A stretch of DNA of 64,000 nt from Eledone cirrhosa. Taxonomy: Eukaryota. Position numbers and translations under genes: made by a program. The notes under the pieces were generated by a model. It was not told the DNA's origin. It saw only the letters and a list, made by a program, of their open reading frames with translations, and did not search any database. Shown here piece by piece: positions 51,772 through 64,000 of this stretch. The stretch is taken from positions 376,030,001 to 376,094,000 of the forward strand of contig OZ024743.1 of assembly GCA_964016885.1 (NCBI GenBank), given 5' to 3'. Numbering within the stretch: position 1 is the stretch's first letter; each line of letters starts with the position of its first letter.

Positions 51772-54700
51772 TCAGGATTTGGGCACCATGGCCCATTCGA
51801 GAAGAGAATTACTGTTTGCGGAGACATATCCGGGTGTGGGTCGTTTGTCCGGGATTACTTGGAGGAATTTGTCCAAAGACTTCTTGAATTTTGTGTGGTC
51901 AGTTTCTGTTTTGACGTGTCCTGGTGTGATGTTGAAGAGAGCAGGGCCGATTGAGGTGAAATAATTGTGCCGTATTGTTGTTATGAGTTGCGATTTAGAT
52001 TTTTGAATGGGACGGATAGCACGGGGCCCAAGCCTTGGGTGTATCTTGAAGGCGATGCCAACATCATTTGGGCAGTGATGATGGAACATTTTCCACATCA
52101 TGCAGATAATATAACGCTCACGGCGACGTTGGAGTGAGTAAAGTTTCAGGTTTTCTAGTCGACCCCAGTAGTCAAGGTCTGACATGCCATCTATCTTTTT
52201 CGTGATTGCCCTTTGAGGAGCTTCAAGTTTCATGATACTTTTTTTCGTGTGGGGAGACCACAGTGGACAACAGTATTCAAGGTGTGGTCGGGCAAAAGTA
52301 GAGAAGAGAAGGATAATGGTGTGGGAATCTCTCGACTGGAAGGTTCTGAGGATCCAGGAACACATTCTGCGGGCCATGTCAACTTTGCTGCTTATATGCG
52401 TGGCCCAGCTTATGTTGCTGTCCACGGTTACTCCCAAGTCTCTGATGTTGTTAGATGCCACGAGAGTTTCTCCGGAGGGAAGGGAGTACGGGAGTTTCAG
52501 AGCATCCTCTTTTCCAAAGTGGATCAGTTCGAATTTGTCTTCGTTCAGTAACATGTTGTTCTTTTCCGCCCATTGGGTAACAGCCAGTAGGTCTGACTGA
52601 AGGCTTATCCGGTCATCCACGCCATTGATGACCTTTTGGAGCTTGGAATCATCAGCGAAAATTTTAATGTTGCTGTGTTTGATGATGTCAGTGATGTCAT
52701 TAATATAGATGATGAAGAGAAGTGGGCCCAACACAGTGCCTTGTGGGACCCCACTACTGACTTTGGCTGGGCTGGATTTGACTCCTTCAACTACAACATG
52801 TTGGGTTCTATTTGACAGGAAGCTCTTGATCCACTGCAGCAGCTTTCCAGTGACACCAATATTGGACAGCTTTCTCAGTAGAATGTTATGATCAACCCTG
52901 TCAAAGGCCTTGCTGAAATCAAGGTAGATAACATCAGTGTTGGAACTCTCTCCCAAGGCTCTCAAAATGTCATCAAAGTGATGCAGTAGCTGCGTCAGGC
53001 AATCCCTTCCATTACGGAATCCATGCTGGTTGGAGTTCAGCATATTGTTACTCTCAAGGAAGTGGGTCATTCGCGATCTCACCACTCTCTCAAATACCTT
53101 AATGATATGAGAGGTGAGTGAGATTGGACGGTAATTCACGGCAAGGGATTTGTTTCCCTTTTTGAAAACTGGGACAACAGACTGGGATAGAAGGTTTTCT
53201 GGCACATATCCAGCATCCAGTGAGTTCCGCCACAGATTGGCAAGAGGAGATGCAAGTTGGTGTTGACACGCCTTCAAGACACAAGCAGGGAACCTATCGG
53301 GACCTACTGCTGAATTATGCTTGATTTCCTTTATTGCCGCCAAGACATCAGGGGCGCCAAACGTTATGTCCGATAAGGTGTAATGGGGAGTAACATCGCC
53401 GATACAGCCCAGATCGGCCATATCAGGATTGCTGAAAACAGAGCAGTATTGTTTCTGCAGTATCTCACCCATGGTTTTAGCATTGTCTTGAAGAGTGCCA
53501 ATTTCATCAATTAGAGGGCCAACAGTAGAGCCAGTGATTTTGTGTTTTTTTGCAAATGAAAAGAACACTTTGGGATTGAGTTTGATCTTCTCAATGGCCC
53601 AGGCCTCTTCAGCTCTTCTCTGATTGTTGATGAGGGACATTATGTTGTTTTGGAGGTTATGTTTTTTAATCTCTAGTGATGAAATGGCAGTCAAGTTGAT
53701 GTGTTGCTGCTGACAGTATTTCAGCTTGTTGATTTTTTTGTTCGTTCTCTTAATTTTTCTGATGAGCGTTTTTCTATTTCTAGGGATTCTGCTCTTAGAT
53801 TTGTTTATAGTTCTTAATGGGGTGTGTGTTGCACATATGTTTGTAACAGTGTCCACAAATGTCTGCCAGGACTTTTTGATGTTAGTGGGTGTATGAGTGT
53901 GCGTGAAGGACCAGTCGACATGTGCAAGATCATGACTGATCGCTGCCCAGTTTGCATTGTGGAAATCCATAGCATCAAACGGATGGACAGGAGAGATGAC
54001 ATTGGGTTTGTATATTGGACGGTGGAATCTCAGATCACAGAGAACCATGTCATGATCAGAGAGTAGAGTTTTCTCCACTGCAATATTGTGGATATTGTCA
54101 GTGTGATTGCTGAAAATTAAGTCTAGGACGTTTTTGTGGCACCTCGTTGGTTCGAGCACCAGTTGGGATAGGAAGAAATCATCCATGAAGTCAAGAAGCG
54201 ATTCCACTGCTTCCCTGTCAGAGGTTGAGGCAGAAGAACCTGGTGGCAGGCTGTTTGTGGACCAGTCAACTCCGGGGAGGTTGAAGTCCCCCATCATTAA
54301 GATGTTGTCAGGGTGACACTGTTGGATGAAACACTTTATGCTGTTGAGGCATTCCTTGAAGCATGGTACAGGCGTTTGGGGTGGCCTATAGAGCCCAACT
54401 ACTATTAGGTTGTTGGTTTGACTGAATACAGTGACTGCTTCACAGTATCCATTAGTGAATATGTTCATAGCCTCTGTTGAGAAAGAATTATGGACATAAA
54501 TGGCAGTCCCGCCCTTTCTTCTGCCAGCGCGATCAGCACGGATGGCTTTGAAATTTGTCACTTTCACCTCGGCTTCCAAGTGGAGGTTACTGAGATGGGT
54601 TTCAGTGAGGACGAAGAAAGGGATGTGGTTTGGATGGACATCAATCCAGTCCTCCAGGAATTTGATCTTCCATTTTTGAGTATTGGTGGAAGGGCTGATG

Positions 54701-54792
54701 CCTTGGGCGTTAAGCAAAAATGTAGAGGCGAGAGTGGATGGTTTTAATTGTTTTGGTGTGTTGTTAATTTGTTTGTTTGTTAATGGCAGCAA
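51772..54792 (-). CDS. LINE ORF2: APE endonuclease + RT, 1006 aa
   Basis: LTET, YRPP, GDFN, LDL, SDH; [22 protein letters not shown]. Confidence 0.97.
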   Translation of the reverse strand: MLPLTNKQINNTPKQLKPSTLASTFLLNAQGISPSTNTQKWKIKFLEDWIDVHPNHIPFFVLTETHLSNLHLEAEVKVTNFKAIRADRAGRRKGGTAIYVHNSFSTEAMNIFTNGYCEAVTVFSQTNNLIVVGLYRPPQTPVPCFKECLNSIKCFIQQCHPDNILMMGDFNLPGVDWSTNSLPPGSSASTSDREAVESLLDFMDDFFLSQLVLEPTRCHKNVLDLIFSNHTDNIHNIAVEKTLLSDHDMVLCDLRFHRPIYKPNVISPVHPFDAMDFHNANWAAISHDLAHVDWSFTHTHTPTNIKKSWQTFVDTVTNICATHTPLRTINKSKSRIPRNRKTLIRKIKRTNKKINKLKYCQQQHINLTAISSLEIKKHNLQNNIMSLINNQRRAEEAWAIEKIKLNPKVFFSFAKKHKITGSTVGPLIDEIGTLQDNAKTMGEILQKQYCSVFSNPDMADLGCIGDVTPHYTLSDITFGAPDVLAAIKEIKHNSAVGPDRFPACVLKACQHQLASPLANLWRNSLDAGYVPENLLSQSVVPVFKKGNKSLAVNYRPISLTSHIIKVFERVVRSRMTHFLESNNMLNSNQHGFRNGRDCLTQLLHHFDDILRALGESSNTDVIYLDFSKAFDRVDHNILLRKLSNIGVTGKLLQWIKSFLSNRTQHVVVEGVKSSPAKVSSGVPQGTVLGPLLFIIYINDITDIIKHSNIKIFADDSKLQKVINGVDDRISLQSDLLAVTQWAEKNNMLLNEDKFELIHFGKEDALKLPYSLPSGETLVASNNIRDLGVTVDSNISWATHISSKVDMARRMCSWILRTFQSRDSHTIILLFSTFARPHLEYCCPLWSPHTKKSIMKLEAPQRAITKKIDGMSDLDYWGRLENLKLYSLQRRRERYIICMMWKMFHHHCPNDVGIAFKIHPRLGPRAIRPIQKSKSQLITTIRHNYFTSIGPALFNITPGHVKTETDHTKFKKSLDKFLQVIPDKRPTPGYVSANSNSLLEWAMVPKS

Positions 54793-55805
54793 TGGGAGTT
54801 TGTGCAGTGGGGTGATAGTGGAGGGTGGTGCTGGGTGATAGCTCGAATGTTTTTTTCCAGTTCTTTTGCCAGATTCATTATGGCTAAAAAAGAGGAAGAA
54901 GTTTCCTGTTTAGAAGACTGTTGGTGACTGTGGTAGTGGTTATTTTTATGTAGGTTATGGTTTTTGTTTTTGCTTTTATTTTTAATTTTATTTTCATTTG
55001 TCCAACGGGTCCCCGGGAGATGGGTAAAGGGACAATCCCGGTCTAAACACAATCTGTCTCGCAGGGAAAAGCGGCAGATTTGTGGATTCCTTGTTTGAGT
55101 TATTGGTGGTTGTGTTGGTGTTAAATTAGAGTATGTATTATGGTGGTGGCTGTTTGTGGGGATAGATCGTTTTGTCCTAGGTAAATGGGTGAATTTGCAG
55201 CCACTATCCGTACATATTCTATAGCGTAGAGAGTAGCGGCAAATGATGGGGTTTCGAGTGGGTGGGTATGTGTGTGTGTGTGTTGTGAGAGGTGTAGATG
55301 ATGGTTTGAGTAGGATTTGACGACCTTTGTGGACTGTGGGAGTGAGAGTTCTTGTACTAGTATTAGAAGGTAAATTCCTTGAAATAGCAGTAGCCAAAGA
55401 TGTTGTAGTAGTAGTAGTAGTAGTAGGCAGAGAAGATGTTGGCAGTGGTGATGATTGGACTGCTGGGCCAGAGAAAGGATGTGGCGTTTCCTGCTGTGAG
55501 ACAGAGGCTACTGGGGGGTCAATAGTTTCATTTAGTAGATCGGCCATTGTTGATGAATCAAGGAGTGGTTCACACTGTTGTTGTTGTTGTCGTTGTTGTT
55601 GTTGCTGTTGTTGATGTTGTTGTTGTTGCTGTTGTAGCTGTTGTTGTTGTTGCCGTTGTAGCTGCTGTTGTTGTTGTTGCAGCTGCTGGACAGCATTCAA
55701 AGAAAAAACACACCGTAGTTTATCCAAATGTTTATTGATTAATTTAAAAGCAATTTCGATTTGCTTTAATTTATTTTGAATCTGTTGTTCAGATCGAGTT
55801 TTCAA
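54780..55805 (-). CDS. LINE ORF1 with polyQ and two CCCH zinc fingers (5' end disrupted)
   Basis: CRYSLRYRICTDSGCKFTH and CRFSLRDRLCLDRDCPFTH; overlaps ORF2 by 13 nt. Confidence 0.8.
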   Translation of the reverse strand: MKTRSEQQIQNKLKQIEIAFKLINKHLDKLRCVFSLNAVQQLQQQQQQLQRQQQQQLQQQQQQHQQQQQQQRQQQQQCEPLLDSSTMADLLNETIDPPVASVSQQETPHPFSGPAVQSSPLPTSSLPTTTTTTTTSLATAISRNLPSNTSTRTLTPTVHKGRQILLKPSSTPLTTHTHTYPPTRNPIICRYSLRYRICTDSGCKFTHLPRTKRSIPTNSHHHNTYSNLTPTQPPITQTRNPQICRFSLRDRLCLDRDCPFTHLPGTRWTNENKIKNKSKNKNHNLHKNNHYHSHQQSSKQETSSSFLAIMNLAKELEKNIRAITQHHPPLSPHCTNSHCCH

Positions 55806-56071
55806 AAGTTGAACTGTACGTTTAGCAATGTCGTTCAGACATGAAGCATCTATGTCTTCTGTTTGGGTAAGGCAATGCTATGTGTTTATTAGAATGTCGA
55901 TTTCATTATCAGACCAGTTCTGTTTGGATTTTTGCTGGTTAGCCATTCTAGTTTTGAGTGTGTGTGTTTTAGTTAAGTATTTCAATATATATATATTTTT
56001 TTTATTTATTTTTGTTTTTTGTTTTTTGTTTTTCTTGTGTGTGAGTGAGAAGAGTATATATATAAATATGA

Positions 56072-56105
<34 letters not shown>

Positions 56106-56243
56106 TGGTTATTTGAAATTAATTAAATTAATGAAAAGACGAAAGTATATAATAATAATTTGTAGTTAAAGGAAAATGTACTCACAAGTTGGAAAACACG
56201 AGGTTTCAAATATATAATAATATATATATATTTTCAAATATAT

Positions 56244-56388
<145 letters not shown>

Positions 56389-56410
56389 TGTATATATATA
56401 TATATATATA

Positions 56411-56479
<69 letters not shown>

Positions 56480-56485
56480 ATATCT

Positions 56486-56537
<52 letters not shown>

Positions 56538-56540
56538 CTG

Positions 56541-56589
<49 letters not shown>

Positions 56590-56626
56590 GTATATATATA
56601 TATATCTGTATATATATATATGTATA

Positions 56627-56705
<79 letters not shown>

Positions 56706-56734
56706 GTATATATATATATATATATATATATCTG

Positions 56735-56767
<33 letters not shown>

Positions 56768-56798
56768 GTATATATATATCTGTATATATATATATATA

Positions 56799-56887
<89 letters not shown>

Positions 56888-56904
56888 GTATATATATATA
56901 TATA

Positions 56905-56956
<52 letters not shown>

Positions 56957-56957
<1 letters not shown>

Positions 56958-57557
56958 TGGAAAATGTGTGTAATCCTTGGTACAGTTACGTATATTAAGA
57001 CAGGGGGGAAGAAAAAATGGCTTCACTTGTGCTTTCAACAAATTTATTTTCTTCACAAAATCCAAAAAGAATTTGTCTTAAAAAAAATTATTTATAAATT
57101 AAGTTGTTGGTTGTTGGTTAGGTCTTAGGAGTTCTTGGTTAACGTAGGAGGTATTGTTTCGTTTTTAGAAAGACCTTTCACGCTGAGGTGCGCTTGTCAA
57201 ACTGATGTGTATGTGGTGTGTTGTTCTATATATAGGGATTTAACATGTCTGTGGTGTGGTAGGGGTTTCTTTTCTCCCCCTTTAATAAGTGCATGGGCGT
57301 AGGTGTGTTGAAAAAGTGTTCATAGCAGTAATGAGTTGAGACGGTGAGTAGGGTTGGGTGGGGAGAAACTTAGCAAGTGCGGCCTGCCCCGGTCATTCTC
57401 GAAAAATTCCTTCATTCAGGGGAAAAAGCTTTTAGCATTGCTTTTGTGTTGAGAATGGTCACAGGCAAATCGCACCTGTCAAGCTTGTGAATAATTATTT
57501 TTTTCTTTTTTTCCTGAAGAATCTTTCTACGTCCATCCCAAAGTTAGTCCTTTGTTC
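56957..57557 (-). mobile_element. Probable PLE family M 3' end with HHR-like motif (57166-57204)
   Basis: agt TTGACAA gcgc acctca gcgt GAAA ggtc TT tct; stem I imperfect. Confidence 0.55.
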
Positions 57558-57852
57558 AACACACACATATATATGTGTGCATATATGTACACACACGGGC
57601 ATATGTAGGAATATATAGGCACACACCATCAATCACACACCCCTGTACAAATACATACACAAAAACATATAGAGACACATATAAAAACACACATACACAT
57701 ACGTACACACACGAATATGTACACATACCTCCACATGGGTATATATATATATATATACACATATATACACACATACATACACATATACATACATACATAT
57801 ACATATATATATATATAAATATATATACATACACATACACATACACACACAT

Positions 57853-57889
<37 letters not shown>

Positions 57890-57890
<1 letters not shown>

Positions 57891-58063
57891 GGTATTATAA
57901 GAAATACCAGAACTGATCTTTCATTCAGCACAGAACCAGCCGTCGAAACGGCTTGAGCTCAGCCGTCGGGGTCTTACTTACTCCTATTACCCACTCTACT
58001 ACCCTAAGTATTGAGTACTTTGGTGCGTTATGGTCCACCTGGTTCCTTACCACTTTTCCCTCG

Positions 58064-58064
<1 letters not shown>
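57890..58064 (+). mobile_element. PLE family G variant 3' end
   Basis: Matches rc of 18188-18313. Confidence 0.85.
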
Positions 58065-58159
<95 letters not shown>

Positions 58160-59102
58160 AAAAAGGGATGAAATCGAAAATGCAACTGAAGTCTTATTTT
58201 TAAAAAAAATATATATATATTTATTTGGTTCCTTTACCGGTTTCGCAGTTCTTCTGCTTTTCAAAAGGTGAGTTGAGATGGAGGGTCTGTGGTTTTTCTC
58301 ACATCTGGTTGGTCTCTAAATGTTACTTGTTTTATATGGAAAAAGTGGCTCGAAAACCAGGTTTTTCGAGAAGTAATTTGATTGGTTTGTCAATAATTAT
58401 AATAAATTTCGCGCCAGTTCGCGTTACAATAGTTCTTCAAATAAGAGAGGGGGGGGGGGTGTTGTTGTCACAGGTTGTTTTTTCATATATGAGTGTTTGA
58501 ATTTCTTTTTACTTGAAAAAATGAGGCTCACGAAGGCTTTTTTTTGGTTGGTTATAAATGAAATTTGGCTGTCACGTGAACAAGTTTTCATTACATTTTT
58601 GCGCCCTTATTTGGAAAACTATTCTGTAGTCTTTATAGTGAATGTTATGACAATGGAGAGATAGTGGTCAAGGGAAAAGGGATTGGGAGAAATGTTCTGG
58701 TTCAGTGAATATGGCCAGCTGTCAGAGTTCAGGTGTCAGAGTTCAGATTTTCTATTGAGACTGAAGATATGTGTTTATTTGTGTGCTTGTGTGTGTGTAT
58801 ATGTGTGTGTGTATGTGTGTATGTGTGTATTGGAAGATGATTCTATTCGTAGAGATGGGGGGAGGGAGTTGTGTGTGTGTGTATATGGGTGTTATGTGTG
58901 TGTGTGCGAGTATGTTAGATGGAGAGAATATATATTTTGTGTGTGTGTATATATATATGTGTGTGTAGCAAAGTGGTTCTATTAGTAGAAATGGGGAGGG
59001 TGTTGTAGGTGTGGGGGTTGTTATGTGTGTGTATGGGTGTTATGTGTGTGGGAGTATAGTTAGCATGTGTGTGGGAGTATGGTTAGCATGTTAAGATGAA
59101 GA

Positions 59103-59193
<91 letters not shown>

Positions 59194-59398
59194 GTGTGTG
59201 TGTATGTGTGTGTGTAGGAAAATGATTCCTTTAGTAGGAATATTTTTGAATGAACATATTTTCCTGACTTTTTCGTGTTTGCTGTTGTATTGCCAGTGCA
59301 AACGTATGTTTAAGGTTTATTTAGTTCGGGTTTTTATTTTCTAAAGTAGAAGGTGTTATGTGTGTGTATGTCATATTGTGGTGTTGACATAATGTATA

Positions 59399-62300
59399 TT
59401 AAACCTTATTTAATGTTGGTCTATATTTTTGAATAAACATATTTTCCTTATTTATTCGCATTTGTTCTGTTGTATTGTTAGCGCAAAGGTAAAATGGGAA
59501 GACTTGGAATTTGGGTGTCTTATTACTTGCGCAAATGTCTAGATATGCACTTAGTGGTATCTGTCTCGTGGTTGGATCTCGTAATTGTTGGCGATGAACT
59601 GTCATTCTGTTTCTGAGTGTGAGTTTAGTTTGTCCTATATAATCTTCATTGCATCCTTTACATTTAATGGCATAAAGTAGATTTTTTGATGAGCAAGTGA
59701 AGTGATTTTTTACAGTAAAATTTTGTCCTGATTTAAATGTATACGTGTTGCCTTCAATGAGGTGAGTGCAGGTTCCACAATTAGAGCGACCACATTTTTT
59801 GATACTTGGTTGTGGGTTTGTGGTAGGTAATTTGGCATTGGTGAGTAATGTTTTCAGTGATTTTGGTTGTCTTTTGCTTTTGATTATTTTGTGTGTTTCA
59901 AGGGCTTTTTTCATTCTTGGGTTTTGTTTTAGTAGTGGGATGTTATTGTGAATAGTGTTGTAAGCTTCCGCATTTCTTGGGTTGTGTGTTGAGATATATG
60001 ATTGAATATTGGACGTACCTTGAATTTGTTTCTGTTTCCGTAATTCATCAATGCCTATTGCTTTAGCCCTTTCTATTCCATTATTTATTAGTAATAGTGG
60101 GTACTCTCTCTCAAGTAGAATTTCCTTTAATTCTTGAAGTCTTTTATTTCGCGTTTCATAATTGGAGACAATTGTGCAAATTCTTCTTGCTAGGTTAAAA
60201 GGAATGTTCGTCTTCGTGTGCTTTGGATGGTTGGAGGTGAATAGCAGATATTGTTTGGAATCTGTTGGTTTGTAGTGTATGTCAGTTTCGATATTTGTGT
60301 CTTTTTTTGTGATTAAGATGTCCAGAAATGGGAGTTGATCTTGGCTGTATTCCATTGTGAATTAGATGTGGTTATTGATGCCGTTTATTAAGTTTTTGAA
60401 ATCCTTCAGTTGGTCGAGTGTGTGGGACCAAAGAATGAGGCAATCATCCAAGTAGCGTTTCCAATTCTCTGATAAATATTTGTGGAAGTTCAATCCGTAT
60501 TTTGATTTGGACTGTTCATATATCTGGACTTCTAAGTATGCCATGACTAAGTTGGCATAAGTTGGAGCGGCTTTTGTGCCCATCGCAGTCCCCGATATTT
60601 GCTTGTAAGTATTGCCATCGAAATCAAAAAAGTTGTTCTGTAGGATGAATTTTAATCCCTCGGTGATGAAGCTTTTTTCTATTCTGTCAGGTATCTCATT
60701 GGGATATTTCTCTAGCCAGAATCCTATTGCTTCTAGTCCGTATTGGTGTGGGATCGTTGTGTAGAGATTCACTACATCGAAAGACACAATAATAGTGTCG
60801 TTGTTGACATGTTTGGGGAGGTGGTTTAAGAGGTCCAGATCGTCTCTTACAAGGCTTGGTATGTGTTTCAGTATTAGTTTCAGTAGTATGTCTATAAAGT
60901 TGCTCAATCTGTGTGTTTCACATTGTGGGCCCGCTACAATTGGTCTTAATTTAAGGTCTGTGGGGTATTGTGTGTTCACGCAGGCTGAGGTGGATTGTTT
61001 ACAGGCATCGTTGATTATTTTACATTTGTGGATCTTCGGAAGTCCGTAAAGGTTGCTGGTTTTGTATTCAAAATTTGTTAAATAATCGCGTTCCTTTTTA
61101 GTTAGGTCTTCCTGGTATCGATAAATCAGTGTGTTTAATTTGGTCATTATTTTTGATTGCTGGTAGTTTTTTACTCTTTCATAGTAATTAGCATTTTGTA
61201 AGAGAGAGAACATAGAATTTTTATATTTTTCAGCCTCCATAATGACAACAGTACTTCCCTTGTCCGCTTCCTTAATTACAATGTCCCGATTGTTTTTTAG
61301 TTCATGGATAATCTCCCATTCCCTTCGACTTGTGTTGGGTTTGGGTTTAGGTTGCGGTAGTTCATGGTATGGGAAGGTAGCTATGTGGTCACAAAATTTG
61401 TCCAGAACTCTGTTTCTACCTTTTGTTGGGTTGTAGCTGCTTTTATTCCGTACAATTGATTCGTCGTTATTCTCCTTGTCAAAGAATTCCTCTGTGAGAC
61501 GTAATTTTCTACAGAAGTGTGAGATATCGTCATTTATCTCGTTGGGGTTAGGATATTGTGGTGTTGGTGTGAATTTCAGACCTTTGGAGAGAATTTTTAC
61601 TTGTTGGGCTGAGAGGTTTGTATTTGAAATGTTAATTATTTTCGGTTTTTCAAAATCGGTTTGTGCCACCGGGTGTCGTGAGTCCTGTAGCCTTGGTCTA
61701 AAAAATGATTTTTCTGGAATGTTTTTTCATTGGTATTATTATATCTAATGGTATTTCCCCTGTTGTTGTGTGGTCTTGTATAGAAGTTTCGGACGTATTG
61801 AGGTTCGGTTTGTTGATAGTCCGGGTTGTAGATTTGGTTCCTTTGTGTGGGTTGGGATCTATGGTTTTGGAACAGGCTCTGTGTGGACAGGGGTCTACGG
61901 TTTTGGAATAGGTTTTGTGTGGGTTGTGATCTGCGGATCAGGTCCTGCCTTGTGTTCGGGGATCTTTGGTTTTTGTTAGTAGGGTTATAGTTTTGTCTAT
62001 GGTTTCTGGGATTATCGTTATAGTTTTGCTGGGGGTATGTTGGACGTTTTGTTACTTTTTTTGTTATTTGTTGTGCATGTGGTGTGTGAGTTTTAGTTTG
62101 TTTTAAAAATGGGTTACCTGTATGTTGTTCATTTTTGAAGTCCATTTCGTAGTTGTTGAACCAGGTGGCGTTTTTTTCCCATCGCTGGAGGGATGTGAGT
62201 TCTTCATCCTCACAGTTTTCTTTCCAAAGTTTTAGGTTTTTTTTTTGTAGAGTAGGCCTTCAGAGTGCTTTGAGATGTCTGTGTCCATCTGTTGGTCGAG

Positions 62301-62400
62301 TGACTTGAATTTTCTTCGTTGGAGTTGGCTCTTAATCGCAACAGTTCTATTTCTGTTTTAAATTTTTCCAATGCCATCTTTTCCCTAAGTCTTTGTTGGT
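59399..62400 (-). pseudogene. PLE RT + GIY-YIG EN with one in-frame TAA (60362) and upstream frameshifts
   Basis: LSKGLKF, ADKGS, LYGLPKIHK, DVVNLYT, GTAMG, RYLDD, CGRSNCGTC, LLY..YIGQT. Confidence 0.93.
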
Positions 62401-62554
62401 TCACGTGACAGCCAAATTTCATTTATAACCAACCAAAAAAAAGCCTTCGTGAGCCTCATTTTTTCAAGTAAAAAGAAATTCAAACACTCATATATGAAAA
62501 AACAACATGTGACAACCCCCCCTCTCTTATTTGAAGAACTATTGTAACGCGAAC

Positions 62555-62640
62555 TGGCGCGAAATTTATTATAATTATTGACAAACCAATCAAATTACTT
62601 CTCGAAAAACCTGGTTTTCGAGCCACTTTTTCCATATAAA
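62555..62640 (+). promoter_or_regulatory. Putative pLTR promoter: E2F-like, CCAAT, TATA-like
   Basis: tggcgcgaaa, ccaat, gagccacttttt, tataaa; same motifs in family B. Confidence 0.45.
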
Positions 62641-62702
62641 ACAAGTAACATTTAGAGACCAACCAGATGTGAGAAAAACCACAGACCCTCCATCTCAACT
62701 CA

Positions 62703-62740
62703 CCTTTTGAAAAGCAGAAGAACTGCGAAACCGGTAAAGG
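62703..62740 (+). ncRNA. Minimal type I HHR, family A (U3-A8 variant)
   Basis: cctt TTGAAAA gcag aagaa ctgc GAAA ccgg TA aagg; copies 19542-19579(+), 58231-58268(-). Confidence 0.88.
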
Positions 62741-62873
62741 AACCAAATAAATATATATATATTTAAAAAAAAAATAAGACTTCAGTTGCATTTTCGATTT
62801 CATCCCTTTTTCTTTATACTTCTACTCGTGTAGGACACCTCGGTTATTTTTCATTTTGTAAAAAAAACCTCAC

Positions 62874-64000
<1,127 letters not shown>

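Larger units (their letters stand above)
51686..56210 (-). mobile_element. Near full-length LINE family 1 (CR1-group/Proto2-like) in (TA)n
   Basis: 5' UTR, ORF1, ORF2, (ttcaaagtta)n tail. Confidence 0.92.

Overview
AT-rich animal genomic DNA, probably an octopod cephalopod (inferred from SINE types and very long (TA)n/(CA)n tracts). Positions ~16-63 kb are almost entirely retroelements inserted into (TA)n microsatellites: about 13 Penelope-like element (PLE) or PLE-derived families, one with an intact 1231-aa RT+GIY-YIG ORF, a near full-length APE+RT LINE and RTE fragments. Positions 1-16 kb hold a 24-bp minisatellite, triplet repeats, SINEs, MITEs and Helitrons. Main findings, all from manual reading and folding: (1) nearly every PLE family carries a type I hammerhead ribozyme (HHR), many with non-canonical cores; (2) two non-coding HHR tandem units (615 bp and 466 bp) look like retrozymes able to release unit-length, possibly circular, RNAs; (3) most insertions point their 3' ends outward into both TA flanks, and four are head-to-head chimeras of different families; (4) a candidate minus-strand host gene of symmetric phase-1 micro-exons (~15.5 kb to 2.9 kb). 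Family letters A-O are my own labels. No database searches were run.
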